Shown one piece after another: positions 1 through 10,223 of a stretch of 64,000 nucleotides of DNA. Both the position numbers and the translations under genes were made by a program. Under the pieces are notes generated by a model. The model saw nothing but the letters and a program-made list of their open reading frames with translations. It had not been told where the DNA came from and did not search any database. The stretch covers positions 22,554 through 86,553 of the forward strand of contig JBBAUX010000005.1 in NCBI GenBank assembly GCA_040398005.1, given 5' to 3'. Source of the DNA: Opitutales bacterium (GTDB lineage Bacteria > Verrucomicrobiota > Verrucomicrobiia > Opitutales > UBA953). How positions within the stretch are numbered: position 1 is the stretch's first letter; the number at the start of each line of letters is the position of its first letter.

Positions 1-893
1 GTGATGAAGACGATTTAGCAATGAAGGTCGCGGATGCTGCGATTGTCGGTCTGGGTCGCATTTGGCAACTCAAGCCGATGTTTGCTAAAACAAAAATCGC
101 TTTTGTTTCTACATCCTCGGGTCACTCCGAAATTTATACGACGAATTTAATTTATTCACGCATTCGTCGGATTACCGATTTCAAAAATACTTCCATTTCA
201 CCACGCTGGTCGGCTGATGCCGGAAAGATTTACTTCGTTTCCTCCATGCGCACGGGCTTCCCCGAAATTTTCACCACGAAGGGAACGGGCGACTTACAAA
301 AAGTAATTACGGATGTGCGTGGCGCGTTGGGCGGTGCAAACTGTGGACCTGATGGACGTATCGCTTTTGCCTCATCGAATAAGGGCTCAATGGATATTTA
401 CGTCGCGGGGGGCGCGGGCGAAGGGCCTCGTCGAGTGATTGCTACGGCAGATGTTGATGCCGATCCCTCGTGGTCGCCTGATGGTTCCAGAATCGTATTA
501 ACCAGCGGGCCCTTGGGTCGCCCCGGTATTTACCTATCTTCGGCCTCGGGCGGTTCACTCACACGCCTATCCACGGGCTACAGCTATTGCACCGAGCCGC
601 GCTGGAATCCTAAAGACCCCGCGCAAATCATTTTCACTTTTCAGTCGGGTCGCCTCGGCCTTGCGGTGGCTGATCTCAGTAAGGGCGAAATCGTTGCCGT
701 GCCCACGACATCACCATTAAATTTATCACACGCTTCATGGTGTGCCGATGGTCGTCACGTGGTCGCCACCCAAGCCACCAAAACTACATCGCACTTAGTC
801 ATCGTCGATACGAAGTCAGGCAAGACCACACGACTCACCGACGCAAAAATGGGCAACTGTTCCGAGCCCGATTGCTGGGTGAGCAGAAATTAA
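1..893 (+). CDS. tolB: TolB-family beta-propeller (Tol-Pal periplasmic protein), 5' end outside window
   Basis: Repeated PD40-like blades (SPRWSADAGKIYF, DPSWSPDGSRIV, EPRWNP, HASWCADG) after TKIAFVS; frame is open from nt 3, so the start lies upstream of the window. Confidence 0.8.
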   Translation, partial: DEDDLAMKVADAAIVGLGRIWQLKPMFAKTKIAFVSTSSGHSEIYTTNLIYSRIRRITDFKNTSISPRWSADAGKIYFVSSMRTGFPEIFTTKGTGDLQKVITDVRGALGGANCGPDGRIAFASSNKGSMDIYVAGGAGEGPRRVIATADVDADPSWSPDGSRIVLTSGPLGRPGIYLSSASGGSLTRLSTGYSYCTEPRWNPKDPAQIIFTFQSGRLGLAVADLSKGEIVAVPTTSPLNLSHASWCADGRHVVATQATKTTSHLVIVDTKSGKTTRLTDAKMGNCSEPDCWVSRN

Positions 894-1855
894 TTCGAGC
901 GCTGGCGGAGTCGATCAATGGCCACGGCAGTCACGATGATTGCACCGGTGATGATACGTGTCGTGCTTTCGCTGATTCCGTTAAGCGTACAGCCCGTGCG
1001 AATCACGGTGATAATGAGTGCACCGATGAGTGAGCCGAAAATCGAACCGATACCACCGTTGAGGCTGGCCCCACCAATGACGACGGCTGCAATGATATCG
1101 AGCTCGTAGCCCGTTGCGCCAGTGGGGTCGCCTTGACCTTGGTAGGACACGAGCATGAGTCCAGAGAGGGCAGCGAAGGCTCCGCCAATCATGTAGACAA
1201 AAAGTTTGGTGCGGTCGACTGCGACACCACAAAGGCGGGCGGTGTTTTCATTGGAACCCACGGCGAATACATGGCGTCCGAATACGGTGAAACGTAAAAA
1301 TCCGGTCGCAACGAGAGCGAGTGCGATCATTAACCAACCCCCTGGAGGGATGATCAAAAATTTCATATCATCGGGTAGACTATTCAGCCAGAACCTCAAC
1401 CAGTTGGCCTCTTGTGCGTTGATGGGTTGCGAGTTGGCCAAGGCTAAGGCCAGTCCGCGCAGAATGAGCAACGTCCCGAGTGTCGTGATGAAAGGAATTA
1501 ATTTTGCCCGAACGACGAGGAGTCCGATGAATAAGCCAATGAGGAGTCCGCTGATTAAAGTGACGCTCACCGTAACGAAGGGATTAGTTCCAGCAACGGC
1601 CAGTTTAGCACCTACGACGGAGCAGAGGGCAATGGCCGAACCAATTGATAAATCAATACCTGCGGAGATGATAATAAAAGTCATCCCAATCGCCGCGATA
1701 CCAATGACGACGGTTTGTTGAACGATGGATTCGATACCTTCGGCCGAACCAATGGCGCGATTACCGAGGCTGAAAAATAAACCCCAGATAGCGACGAGTG
1801 CAATAAATGTCCCGAGCGAGTTGAGGAGTTTTTTGGGAGAAGTGGTGTTGCTCAT
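890..1855 (-). CDS. Monosaccharide (ribose-type, CUT2) ABC transporter permease
   Basis: GIDLSIGS, FGRHVFAVGSNENTARLCGV and GYELDIIAAVVIGGASLNGG motifs; multiple TM helices. Confidence 0.93.
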   Translation of the reverse strand: MSNTTSPKKLLNSLGTFIALVAIWGLFFSLGNRAIGSAEGIESIVQQTVVIGIAAIGMTFIIISAGIDLSIGSAIALCSVVGAKLAVAGTNPFVTVSVTLISGLLIGLFIGLLVVRAKLIPFITTLGTLLILRGLALALANSQPINAQEANWLRFWLNSLPDDMKFLIIPPGGWLMIALALVATGFLRFTVFGRHVFAVGSNENTARLCGVAVDRTKLFVYMIGGAFAALSGLMLVSYQGQGDPTGATGYELDIIAAVVIGGASLNGGIGSIFGSLIGALIITVIRTGCTLNGISESTTRIITGAIIVTAVAIDRLRQRSN

Positions 1856-1865
1856 AAAATAATTA

Positions 1866-3350
1866 TTAATTTCCGGTAGCGGCGCGCATCAGTTTTTCAG
1901 AATTGGTTTCGGATACGGGTACGGCTTCGCTTAATTCGCCGCGACAGACGGTAGCGATACGATCGCAGACGCCGAGTAGTTCGGGTAGGTAACTGCTGAC
2001 CATTAAAACGGCCTTGGGATTTTTCGGATCCGTAACGAGGCGGTTAATGACTTCGTAGATTTTCGCTTTCGCGGCGATATCGATTCCGCGCGTGGGTTCA
2101 TCGAGTAAGAGAATGTCGCAATCGGCTTCAAGTAAGCGAGCGATGGCAGCTTTTTGTTGATTGCCACCAGAAAGATTGCCAATCGGTTGGTCGGGTCCTT
2201 GGCAACGAATGCCAAAATCTGAAATCCAACGCGCGGTGTGCAGGCTTCGCTGGCTCGGTGAGATGAAGCCGACTTTACCTAACTTAGATAGGGCAGGGAG
2301 GCAGACGTTGTCGCCAATGCTTAAATCGAGTGCGAGGCCTTCTTCTTTGCGGTTCTCACTGACAAATCCCAAATGGGCCTGCCAATTACTGCGAGGGTCG
2401 GAGGTTTTTTGGGTACCGTTAACCAAAACATTTTTCCCTTCAATGGTATCGAGACCAAAGATGGCTCGGAGAAATTCGGTGCGGCCGGCTCCGACTAATC
2501 CGCAGAGTCCAACCACTTCACCCCGTCGTAAGGTAAGTTTACCGCTACCAGGAATGGTTGCTTCTAATAAAACTGGTCCGATATTTCGTTGGCTACGGGG
2601 ATAAAGATCTTTGACTTCGCGACCGACCATTTCAGCGACGATTTTTGCATCATCAATCGATTTGGTTTCGTAGACGGCAACGGATGCACCATCGCGGAGA
2701 ATGGTGAGTCGACTGGTTAAGCGTCGCACCTCCTCGAGGAAGTGTGAAATATAAATAATACTCAGTCCGCGTTTCGCTAAGGTATCAATTAAGTCGAACA
2801 AACGTTCTACATCAGCCTGGGCTAAGGAACTCGTTGGCTCATCGAACACGATGATTTTACAGCCCATGGATAACGCGCGCGCAATTTCCACAATCTGTTG
2901 TTGGCTGACGGATAATTCTCCAGCGGGTTCGTTTACATCAATGTTACCATGACCCAAGCTCGCTAGTGTTTTATTTGCTTCGGCCCGCATTTTTGCGTGA
3001 TCGATGAGCAAGCCGTTACGTGGCTCGATTCCGAGGAAGATATTTTCGGCAATACTGAGGTGGGGAGCGATGGAAAGCTCTTGGTAAATCATACCCACGC
3101 CGCGGCGACGAGCTTCGGATGGATTAGCGGGTGCGTAAAGTTTTCCGTCGACCCACATTTCTCCGCTGTCGGGCTGGTAAGCTCCGGACAGAATTTTCAT
3201 CAAGGTACTTTTCCCTGCGCCGTTTTCACCAACGAGGGCATGGACTTCGCCAGCCGAGAGTTTTAAGGAAACTCCAGCCAAGGCCACTTGTGCACCGAAC
3301 GTTTTTTTAATGCCCCTCATTTCGAGGCGAATGGAATTACCGTTATCCAA
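1866..3350 (-). CDS. Monosaccharide ABC transporter ATP-binding protein (RbsA/MglA type, two NBDs)
   Basis: GENGAGKST, DEPTSSL, LSGGNQQK, DEPTRGID. Confidence 0.95.
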   Translation of the reverse strand: MDNGNSIRLEMRGIKKTFGAQVALAGVSLKLSAGEVHALVGENGAGKSTLMKILSGAYQPDSGEMWVDGKLYAPANPSEARRRGVGMIYQELSIAPHLSIAENIFLGIEPRNGLLIDHAKMRAEANKTLASLGHGNIDVNEPAGELSVSQQQIVEIARALSMGCKIIVFDEPTSSLAQADVERLFDLIDTLAKRGLSIIYISHFLEEVRRLTSRLTILRDGASVAVYETKSIDDAKIVAEMVGREVKDLYPRSQRNIGPVLLEATIPGSGKLTLRRGEVVGLCGLVGAGRTEFLRAIFGLDTIEGKNVLVNGTQKTSDPRSNWQAHLGFVSENRKEEGLALDLSIGDNVCLPALSKLGKVGFISPSQRSLHTARWISDFGIRCQGPDQPIGNLSGGNQQKAAIARLLEADCDILLLDEPTRGIDIAAKAKIYEVINRLVTDPKNPKAVLMVSSYLPELLGVCDRIATVCRGELSEAVPVSETNSEKLMRAATGN

Positions 3351-3352
3351 AC

Positions 3353-4321
3353 TTAGTCGTTACCGAGTTGTGGTTTAATGACGGCCTGAATTTCAGGAGT
3401 GTCTACATTCTCGTTGGTGACGAAGGAGACTCCGGTATCGATATTCTTTTCGACAGGTTTTCCGGCAATCTTATCAGCCGCCGCTTTAACGGTCAGATAG
3501 CCCATGCGATAAGGATCCTGAGAAACGATAGCGCTTAACTCGCCTTGTTTAAGTGACTTGATTAACGAAGCAGTAGGGTCGAAGCCTACGAACTTAACTT
3601 TACCAGCGAGTTTGCTTTGTTTGAGGGCGGTGAGCATTCCGTAAGTAGTGCTTTGGTTCGAACAGAAAATACCATCAGGAGCTTGGTCGCCCGAAAAACG
3701 GAGGAGGAGGGCTTTAGATTTATCAACCGCCATGGCGACGGTCGCGCCGGCGTATTGTTCGTCGCTGATGACTTTGATATCAGGAAACGCTTTGATACCA
3801 GCAGCGAAGCCTTCTTCACGGGCTTCGGTGGAGCTGGAACCAGGGTTGTAGCGCAACATGAGAACGCGGCCTTTACCGCCGAGAATTTTGGCGAGTCCAT
3901 CCGCACCACGTTTTCCAGCCGCATAATTGTCGGTGCCAACGTAACTGATGCTTACGCCATCGGCTTTGCTTAAAGGAGAGTCGAAAATAATGACAGGGAT
4001 ATTGGCCTTCGTTGCTTTTTCTGCTTTTTCGCGAAGGGCTACTCCGTCGAGTGGGGCGAGGCAAAGTACGTCGACCTTACGAATGATCATGGAATCAACC
4101 ATGCCCATTTGTTGGCGACGATCGTCTTCGCGCTCAGGTGCTGACCAAAGAACTTGGACGCCTAAATCTTCACCAGCTTTTAGGGCACCGGATTCAACGG
4201 ACTTCCAGAAGACGTGAGCAGAGCCTTTCGGAATGAGGGCGATCACAGGCTTCGCTTTTTCTTCAGCCACCGAGGGAAGGGTGATGCTGAAAAGACTGAG
4301 GAGGAGGATGAGGTAACGCAT
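3353..4321 (-). CDS. Sugar ABC transporter periplasmic substrate-binding protein (RbsB-like)
   Basis: Signal peptide; IALIPKG..FW, VGTDNY..G, VGFD, QDPYRMGY motifs; operon with ATPase and permease. Confidence 0.92.
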   Translation of the reverse strand: MRYLILLLSLFSITLPSVAEEKAKPVIALIPKGSAHVFWKSVESGALKAGEDLGVQVLWSAPEREDDRRQQMGMVDSMIIRKVDVLCLAPLDGVALREKAEKATKANIPVIIFDSPLSKADGVSISYVGTDNYAAGKRGADGLAKILGGKGRVLMLRYNPGSSSTEAREEGFAAGIKAFPDIKVISDEQYAGATVAMAVDKSKALLLRFSGDQAPDGIFCSNQSTTYGMLTALKQSKLAGKVKFVGFDPTASLIKSLKQGELSAIVSQDPYRMGYLTVKAAADKIAGKPVEKNIDTGVSFVTNENVDTPEIQAVIKPQLGND

Positions 4322-4331
4322 GGGGGTAAAA

Positions 4332-6026
4332 TTATTCGGCGGCCGTGAAGGGTGAGGGTGTGATTGATTCAGTGGGGCGAGGGAATAGTTCTAAGCCTAA
4401 AAGTACCGAGTAGGGCACCGTACTTCCGACAGGATATTTCGCTTGGAGTTCCGCACTGACTAAAAGCACGAGTGAATCGGAATCTTTTTCCCGGGCGACA
4501 TTCAGGAAGTACCATTTGGGTGAAGGGCGACGAATAGAAAGTTCGCGATCCCCGACGCGATAGCGAACGACGAGCGGACGGTCTCCAGTAACCGTGTGGG
4601 TAGTAACTTTATATTGTTCGCGTGCTAAAAAGACATCGCGAGGAATTTGGGTCGATTGAATTTCTTGGTTCGCTAAAAATTTCGAACCCCAAGCTAGAAA
4701 AACGCTGTCCCCGTTGATTCGGGTGCTCACCAAGATACTGTTGGCGGCGGTGTTTTTATCAAGATTGGGACATTCGGGAATGGTGAATTCACCGCTTTCA
4801 TTAACCGGAATAAGTTTTGCTTCCGTGCTTAAAACCCAGGCCGCTATTTCAGATCCGGGACCGCTATTAAATTCACTCCATACTTTTTTTCTATTGTTCT
4901 CATTATACCAGATTCGACCGCGATTTTCTAGATCATGTAATTTACCAGCATAAGCGCGTAAATTATTTCCCCACGTGCGACGAATTTTGGCGTCTTCGGC
5001 GAGAGGTCCACCTTTTGCTTCATTTTCTTGGGCAATTCTTACGGCTTCTCGTGCGGCGTATTCTACACGTTCGATGTTGGCCCTAATTTCATTTAGTTTG
5101 AGATATTTTAATTCATTTTGGAGGGCGGCTGACTCGGTAATGGTAGTCTCGTGGGGGAATGAGCTGATTAAATCGGATTTGATTTTTTCGAGCGTCGCCA
5201 CATCGGCGACGGGTGCTAAAATCGTTTCAAGCACGGCCGTTTGGTCGGTGACTTTTTGGGATACTTCCGCCGGAGCTTCGTTCGGTAACAAATAGACTTT
5301 AATTTCCGCGTCGGGCTTAATGCCCCAACGTTTGAGCATCTCGTTTAAGGGTTTTAAATCGATTTTTCCGCTCACGGTGTAGCCCGTTGTGGCGGGAATT
5401 TTCAGGCGGTTATTTAAGGCAGGTTGAATGGACTGGCCACCCATCGGTTTGGCGAAAACCGCATTTTGACTTTCCGTACGAAGTTCTTCGAAGCGCTTCG
5501 TTTCATTCGAAAAGCGGCGCATGGAGTCCGGCAACTTCGGATCATCTTTGATAAATTGGCTGACTACTTTACCGACGAGTGATCCGCCGATATCGGTGAA
5601 AAGTCCGAATGACACGGTGGCTAAGAGCGTGAGAACGAAAAAGGTTCCCACGACAATTTTATTTCTCTTATTAATCCGCTTTAAATTATTTTCGTGCTGA
5701 GCCAGGATGGTAGTGGCTTGAGTTTGATTGACTTGATCGACCGTGGCGGCGTCAGCCAAGCGGTACATCATGAGTTTTCGACGGTCATCGGGGTTGAGGC
5801 GATTGGCCTCGAGGGCAATTTCCTCTTCGCTGGCTTCTAATCTTTTACTTAACTTAATTTTAGCAGCAAAGGTGAAGAACTGTGATGCGGGCAACCATTC
5901 GGTCGCGCCTTCAGGCATACACGGGGTGTCGGCAGCAACCGTACCAAGGTTGATCAGTTCTTGAATTTCGGTCTCGGTGTGTGGGCCGCGAACTGCGTTG
6001 TCGATGTAGAAAGTAAATGAACGCAT
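4332..6026 (-). CDS. Hypothetical single-pass membrane protein with N-terminal GYF_2 (DUF4339)-like domain
   Basis: N-terminal FYIDNAVRGPHT...L...G.V...T....EG..EW.P pattern typical of GYF_2; one TM helix at about aa 124-143; 564-aa ORF. Confidence 0.65.
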   Translation of the reverse strand: MRSFTFYIDNAVRGPHTETEIQELINLGTVAADTPCMPEGATEWLPASQFFTFAAKIKLSKRLEASEEEIALEANRLNPDDRRKLMMYRLADAATVDQVNQTQATTILAQHENNLKRINKRNKIVVGTFFVLTLLATVSFGLFTDIGGSLVGKVVSQFIKDDPKLPDSMRRFSNETKRFEELRTESQNAVFAKPMGGQSIQPALNNRLKIPATTGYTVSGKIDLKPLNEMLKRWGIKPDAEIKVYLLPNEAPAEVSQKVTDQTAVLETILAPVADVATLEKIKSDLISSFPHETTITESAALQNELKYLKLNEIRANIERVEYAAREAVRIAQENEAKGGPLAEDAKIRRTWGNNLRAYAGKLHDLENRGRIWYNENNRKKVWSEFNSGPGSEIAAWVLSTEAKLIPVNESGEFTIPECPNLDKNTAANSILVSTRINGDSVFLAWGSKFLANQEIQSTQIPRDVFLAREQYKVTTHTVTGDRPLVVRYRVGDRELSIRRPSPKWYFLNVAREKDSDSLVLLVSAELQAKYPVGSTVPYSVLLGLELFPRPTESITPSPFTAAE

Positions 6027-6111
6027 AAGACGCGTGGATGCAGAAAAATAAGGTCAAGCCAAGGTTGGCGGTGGGGTACGCTTAGGCAAGCCGATTGGCG
6101 ACGCTTCGTCT

Positions 6112-6140
6112 TTGCAAATTCGCTCATAACCCTTTATGAC
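6112..6140 (+). promoter_or_regulatory. Putative sigma70-type promoter of rpoN
   Basis: TTGCAA(6112)-17 bp-TATGAC(6135); ATG at 6149. Confidence 0.4.
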
Positions 6141-6148
6141 TTTTGACC

Positions 6149-7594
6149 ATGGCCAATCAAGGCATGAACCAATCTCAAAAACAGGTGCAGGGTCTTATTT
6201 TGACCCCGCAACTGCGCCAGTCTTTGAGAATTTTACAAGTGCCTGCGGCTGAATTATTGAGCGAAATTTCCGATGAATTAGCGGCGAATCCTTTAATTGA
6301 AGAAGTGGAGCCAGCGGGAACTGATTCTACTCCCTCCGCCAGCGAGTCGGAGGGCGAGGATGATTCTCCGCGTGAACTTAAATTGGGTGATGACGATTTT
6401 GACGCTTTACGACGGATGAAGGATGATTGGGACGAAAGTTATTACGAAGAGGTCCGCTCGCAGGGCTACTCGCAGGAAGACGAAGAGCGTCGCCAACACA
6501 TGTTCGAATCGGTCACGGCTGAGTCTTCGCTCTCCGAGCACCTCGCCGAACAGGCGCGGACCGCATCGGATGATCCAGAAATCCAAGAGGCGCTTAAACT
6601 TTTAATTCACTCACTCGATGATCGTGGATTCCTCGACGAGGATCTCTCGAACCTCGCGCTGCGTTCCGGACAAAGCTACGAAGCGGTTGTGGCCGCGCAT
6701 ACTTTGTTATTGGGTTTTGATCCGATTGGAATTGGGGCACGCGATCTGCGTGAATGTTTCTTAGCCCAACTCCGTCACCGCCGTCGCGGTCTATCTTATG
6801 CGGCTAAACTCGTGGCGAATTGCTGGGAGCCCTTGATGGCGCGTCGACTCGAAGAATGTGGACGGCTTTTAAATCTCGAGCCCGACCAAGTGCGCGAGGG
6901 ATTAGAAGAATTAGGTAAATTGGAAACCGTGCCGGCTCGACGTTTTCAGAAAGACGAAAACCGCGCGATTACGCCCGATGCCACGATCGAAAAAGATGAT
7001 GACGGAAAATGGAAAATTACTTTAGACGATCGCCACGTCCCTAAATTGCGCTTGGTGCCTGCCTATAAAGATATGTTGGCCGGTAATTCACTGAGCGAGA
7101 AAGAGCGTAATTATATTTTAGAAAGAATGCGCCAAGGGAAATTCCTGATTGGGGCGATTGAAGAACGTCAACGTACGGTGGATCGTCTGGCTCATATTAT
7201 TTTGGAACGCCAAGCTGACTTTTTTGAACATGGTCCATCGCAATTAAGACCCCTCACCATGACCGACGTCGCTAAAGAGATGGGCGTTCATGAAACCACG
7301 GTCGGTCGAGCCGCTGCGAATAAATGGATGCGTACGCCTCATGGGTTAAAAGAGTTTCGCTGGTTCTTTACTTCGGGTGTTTCCACCGAAGATGGCGGCA
7401 CGGTCGCTCAAGAAGGCGTGCAGGAAATGATCGCCGATATTTTAGCTCGGGAAAATCCCGCCGCACCTTTAGCCGATGAAGCGATTACAACAGAACTTAA
7501 AAAACGCGGTATTAAAATTGCCCGTCGCACGGTAGCAAAATATCGCGAGGGTCTCGGTCAGCCTCCCGCCCACTTACGGAAGAAGCGTCTCTAA
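6149..7594 (+). CDS. rpoN: RNA polymerase sigma-54 factor
   Basis: Gln-rich region I (LTPQLRQSLRILQ), HTH HETTVGRA, RpoN box ARRTVAKYRE. Confidence 0.97.
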   Translation: MANQGMNQSQKQVQGLILTPQLRQSLRILQVPAAELLSEISDELAANPLIEEVEPAGTDSTPSASESEGEDDSPRELKLGDDDFDALRRMKDDWDESYYEEVRSQGYSQEDEERRQHMFESVTAESSLSEHLAEQARTASDDPEIQEALKLLIHSLDDRGFLDEDLSNLALRSGQSYEAVVAAHTLLLGFDPIGIGARDLRECFLAQLRHRRRGLSYAAKLVANCWEPLMARRLEECGRLLNLEPDQVREGLEELGKLETVPARRFQKDENRAITPDATIEKDDDGKWKITLDDRHVPKLRLVPAYKDMLAGNSLSEKERNYILERMRQGKFLIGAIEERQRTVDRLAHIILERQADFFEHGPSQLRPLTMTDVAKEMGVHETTVGRAAANKWMRTPHGLKEFRWFFTSGVSTEDGGTVAQEGVQEMIADILARENPAAPLADEAITTELKKRGIKIARRTVAKYREGLGQPPAHLRKKRL

Positions 7595-8868
7595 GACAGC
7601 TGAGTTAACAGTTCTTCCCAGCCTAAATGAGTCATATCGGAGAAGAGGAATTGTACGCCCGCGGTTAATCCGCCCTCTAATTTTACAGGTGCCGCGAGTG
7701 CCGGTAGTCCGGCCAATGTTGCGGGTGCATTTAACGCTAGCAGGCGTTCGCGATGTTGAGCGGTTAAATCTTTCTTCGCCACCGCTGGCCCGAATGTGCA
7801 CGGTAGCGCAATGAAACTGTATTGTTTAAAGAGGGTACGGAAGGTATCGGTAATCTTAAGGCGATAAATTTCCGCTTCGCGAACTTCCTCGGCGGTACGT
7901 TTACTCGCGATGTTTAATCTTTCCCAGACTATGGGATCGTAAGATTTTTTTCGCTGATTTAACCAGGCGGCATGAACGCGGGCGGCGGCAGTTCCACCAA
8001 GCACCGGAAAATACTGATGCGCTTTGTTACTATTGATGCGTAGTAGTTCGGTCGCTGATTTATCTTCAGCAACATCCAGAGGGCGTACGAAATTTCTCAA
8101 AGTATTTAATACTGAGGAGTCCATACCTAGACCCAGATCGCCGACCCAAAGTCCTTTACCCAGTTTCGGAGATTTTCCTAAGACGGCTTTCGATACGGTA
8201 ATAAGATCTGTCGGGTTATGCGTCATCCAACCTTGAGTGTCGTAACCAGGAGAAAGAGGGAAAATATCTCCGACTGGACTAATATCGGGCGTTAGACGTA
8301 AACCCCACACGCCGCAGTATCCGCAGGGCACACGAATGGATCCTGCGGTATCTGTCGCAAGAGCGAAGGGCACAATTTTTTTAGCGACCGCCCAAGCGGA
8401 ACCTGAACTTGATCCGCCCGAAAGTAATTCAGGATGGGTGGGATGTTGGCAGTCGCCGTAATGGGGATTTTCCCCGCTTAAACCATAGGCAAACTCGTTG
8501 AGTTGGGTGCGTCCACATTCGACCGCTCCAGCGTCTTTTTGAAAGGCTGAAGGTAAAGATGAAGAGGTGCGTGGGATGCCGATTTCTTCAGGTAGAAAAG
8601 TTGAACCCGCGAAAGTGGGATGTCCGGCTCGGAAAAATAAATCTTTGGTTAAGAACGGTACGCCACCGAGACTATCCTCTTTTTGTGCCCACGCATTTTC
8701 AAAACGCTGGGTTAAACTTTTAGTGTCGGGTAAACCCGTTAAAGCGAAACGTTGCTCCTGCGCGCTGAGTGAACCGAGCTTCAGTAAAAAAGCTTCGGCG
8801 GACATACGCGGTCCGCGCGTGCTAAAAAAATCACGCCAATCAGAAACAGTTTCGAGGTTTGTGCTCAC
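7591..8868 (-). CDS. Amidase signature-family enzyme (GatA/AtzE/allophanate hydrolase-like)
   Basis: Lys in TKDLF, GGSSSGS, TDTAGSIRVP (Ser-cisSer-Lys triad). Confidence 0.88.
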   Translation of the reverse strand: MSTNLETVSDWRDFFSTRGPRMSAEAFLLKLGSLSAQEQRFALTGLPDTKSLTQRFENAWAQKEDSLGGVPFLTKDLFFRAGHPTFAGSTFLPEEIGIPRTSSSLPSAFQKDAGAVECGRTQLNEFAYGLSGENPHYGDCQHPTHPELLSGGSSSGSAWAVAKKIVPFALATDTAGSIRVPCGYCGVWGLRLTPDISPVGDIFPLSPGYDTQGWMTHNPTDLITVSKAVLGKSPKLGKGLWVGDLGLGMDSSVLNTLRNFVRPLDVAEDKSATELLRINSNKAHQYFPVLGGTAAARVHAAWLNQRKKSYDPIVWERLNIASKRTAEEVREAEIYRLKITDTFRTLFKQYSFIALPCTFGPAVAKKDLTAQHRERLLALNAPATLAGLPALAAPVKLEGGLTAGVQFLFSDMTHLGWEELLTQLS

Positions 8869-10223
8869 AGATCAATCGCTACGCCAGGCTCGGGATCGTG
8901 GATCCGAGTGCCGGGTAATAATTTTGTCAGAGTCTCTTTCATCCAAGCTCGGGCGGGGGGATCGCCGTGCGTGAGAATAATATCCTTCGGACTGAGCGCT
9001 TTGGCAAAATCAATTAATTCTTCTCGGTCGGCGTGGCCGCTTAAGTGAAAACGTTCGACTTCCGCTTTTAAAATAGAGGTATGATCGAGGCCTTTAAATT
9101 TAAATTCGGCGCCTGATTTCATGCCAATCAACTCACCCCCTGGGGTGTCGGGATCGCAATAACCCACAAAGAAGACGGCATTTTCTTTCGTATCTAAAAT
9201 ATTAGCAGCCACGCGCCAAGCGGGCGTGTTTTCGACCAACATACCGCTCGAGAGAACGTAAATTCCTTGGACGGGTAAATTCTTACCAGGTTGGACGTAG
9301 CGGCGTGATAAAGATTGGACGCCGAGGTCGCGCAAAACTTTCTGACTGAAATTAACCTGCTTGGTCTTCTTACTCGCTTCTTCGAGATAGCCACAAAGAT
9401 CCATGCCCAAGCCAGAGCAGAAAATTGGGACGTCGACTAAGTTGCCCTCGGCGGCGCTTTCATCTAATAATTTTAATATTTCCTGCATGCGACCGAAAGC
9501 AAAAGCGGGTAGCAGAACGGAGCCGCCATTATCGATGACACGATTAATGGATCGGATTAAACGTGCTTCTTCTTTACCTCGAGAAATATCCGGAATGGTG
9601 GTGGTGGCTCCGCGTGTGCATTCCATGACCAGAGTGTCGACGGGCTGACGTGGAAATTGGGCGCCGCCGACGGTGCGTTGCGCTTGGAAGTGAACATCGC
9701 CGGTAAAGAAGTGACGTTTCTTACGGTGTTCGATCATCAGTCCCACGGCACCAGCCACGTGACCGGCGAGATGGAAGGTGAGCGTGATTTCTTCTCCGCC
9801 TTGTCCAATTTTTCTGGGGTTGGCGATGGGCACCGCGGTGAGAGCGTGTTCGACGCGTTCAATATCTTGTTCAACGTAAAGAGGTAGATCCACATTACCC
9901 GTTTCTTCCCGCTGCCTTTTCATGACTTGCACAGAATTAGCGAGTAGTCTTCGTGCAAAAAGTGCTGATGCACCTGAAGTAAATACCCGCGTGCCAGGGT
10001 GTTGGCGGACCAAGAGTGGCAACGAGCCCAAGTGGTCTAAGTGACAGTGAGTGAGGATAACGCCATCCACGTTTCCGGGAATGAGATCGAGACGCGGCAG
10101 GGCTTGTTTGCCGGCGTGCTTGGGATGCATGCCGCAATCGATGACGAAGCGGAGTCCTCCAAACTCAGCGAGCATGCAATTCGCTCCAATTTCGCGGCCG
10201 GAATTTAAATCTGTTATTCTCAT
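8865..10223 (-). CDS. Metallo-beta-lactamase/beta-CASP ribonuclease (CPSF-73-like)
   Basis: IDCG, THCHLDH, AGHVAG, FTGD, MECT, PAFAFGRMQE, VGYC, LSGHAD and THG motifs. Confidence 0.9.
   Translation of the reverse strand: MRITDLNSGREIGANCMLAEFGGLRFVIDCGMHPKHAGKQALPRLDLIPGNVDGVILTHCHLDHLGSLPLLVRQHPGTRVFTSGASALFARRLLANSVQVMKRQREETGNVDLPLYVEQDIERVEHALTAVPIANPRKIGQGGEEITLTFHLAGHVAGAVGLMIEHRKKRHFFTGDVHFQAQRTVGGAQFPRQPVDTLVMECTRGATTTIPDISRGKEEARLIRSINRVIDNGGSVLLPAFAFGRMQEILKLLDESAAEGNLVDVPIFCSGLGMDLCGYLEEASKKTKQVNFSQKVLRDLGVQSLSRRYVQPGKNLPVQGIYVLSSGMLVENTPAWRVAANILDTKENAVFFVGYCDPDTPGGELIGMKSGAEFKFKGLDHTSILKAEVERFHLSGHADREELIDFAKALSPKDIILTHGDPPARAWMKETLTKLLPGTRIHDPEPGVAIDL

Noticed and set aside
6095..6117. 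Sigma-54 -24/-12 site upstream of rpoN (TGGCG...TTGC)
   Set aside because: GG-to-GC spacing is 15 nt, not the required 10
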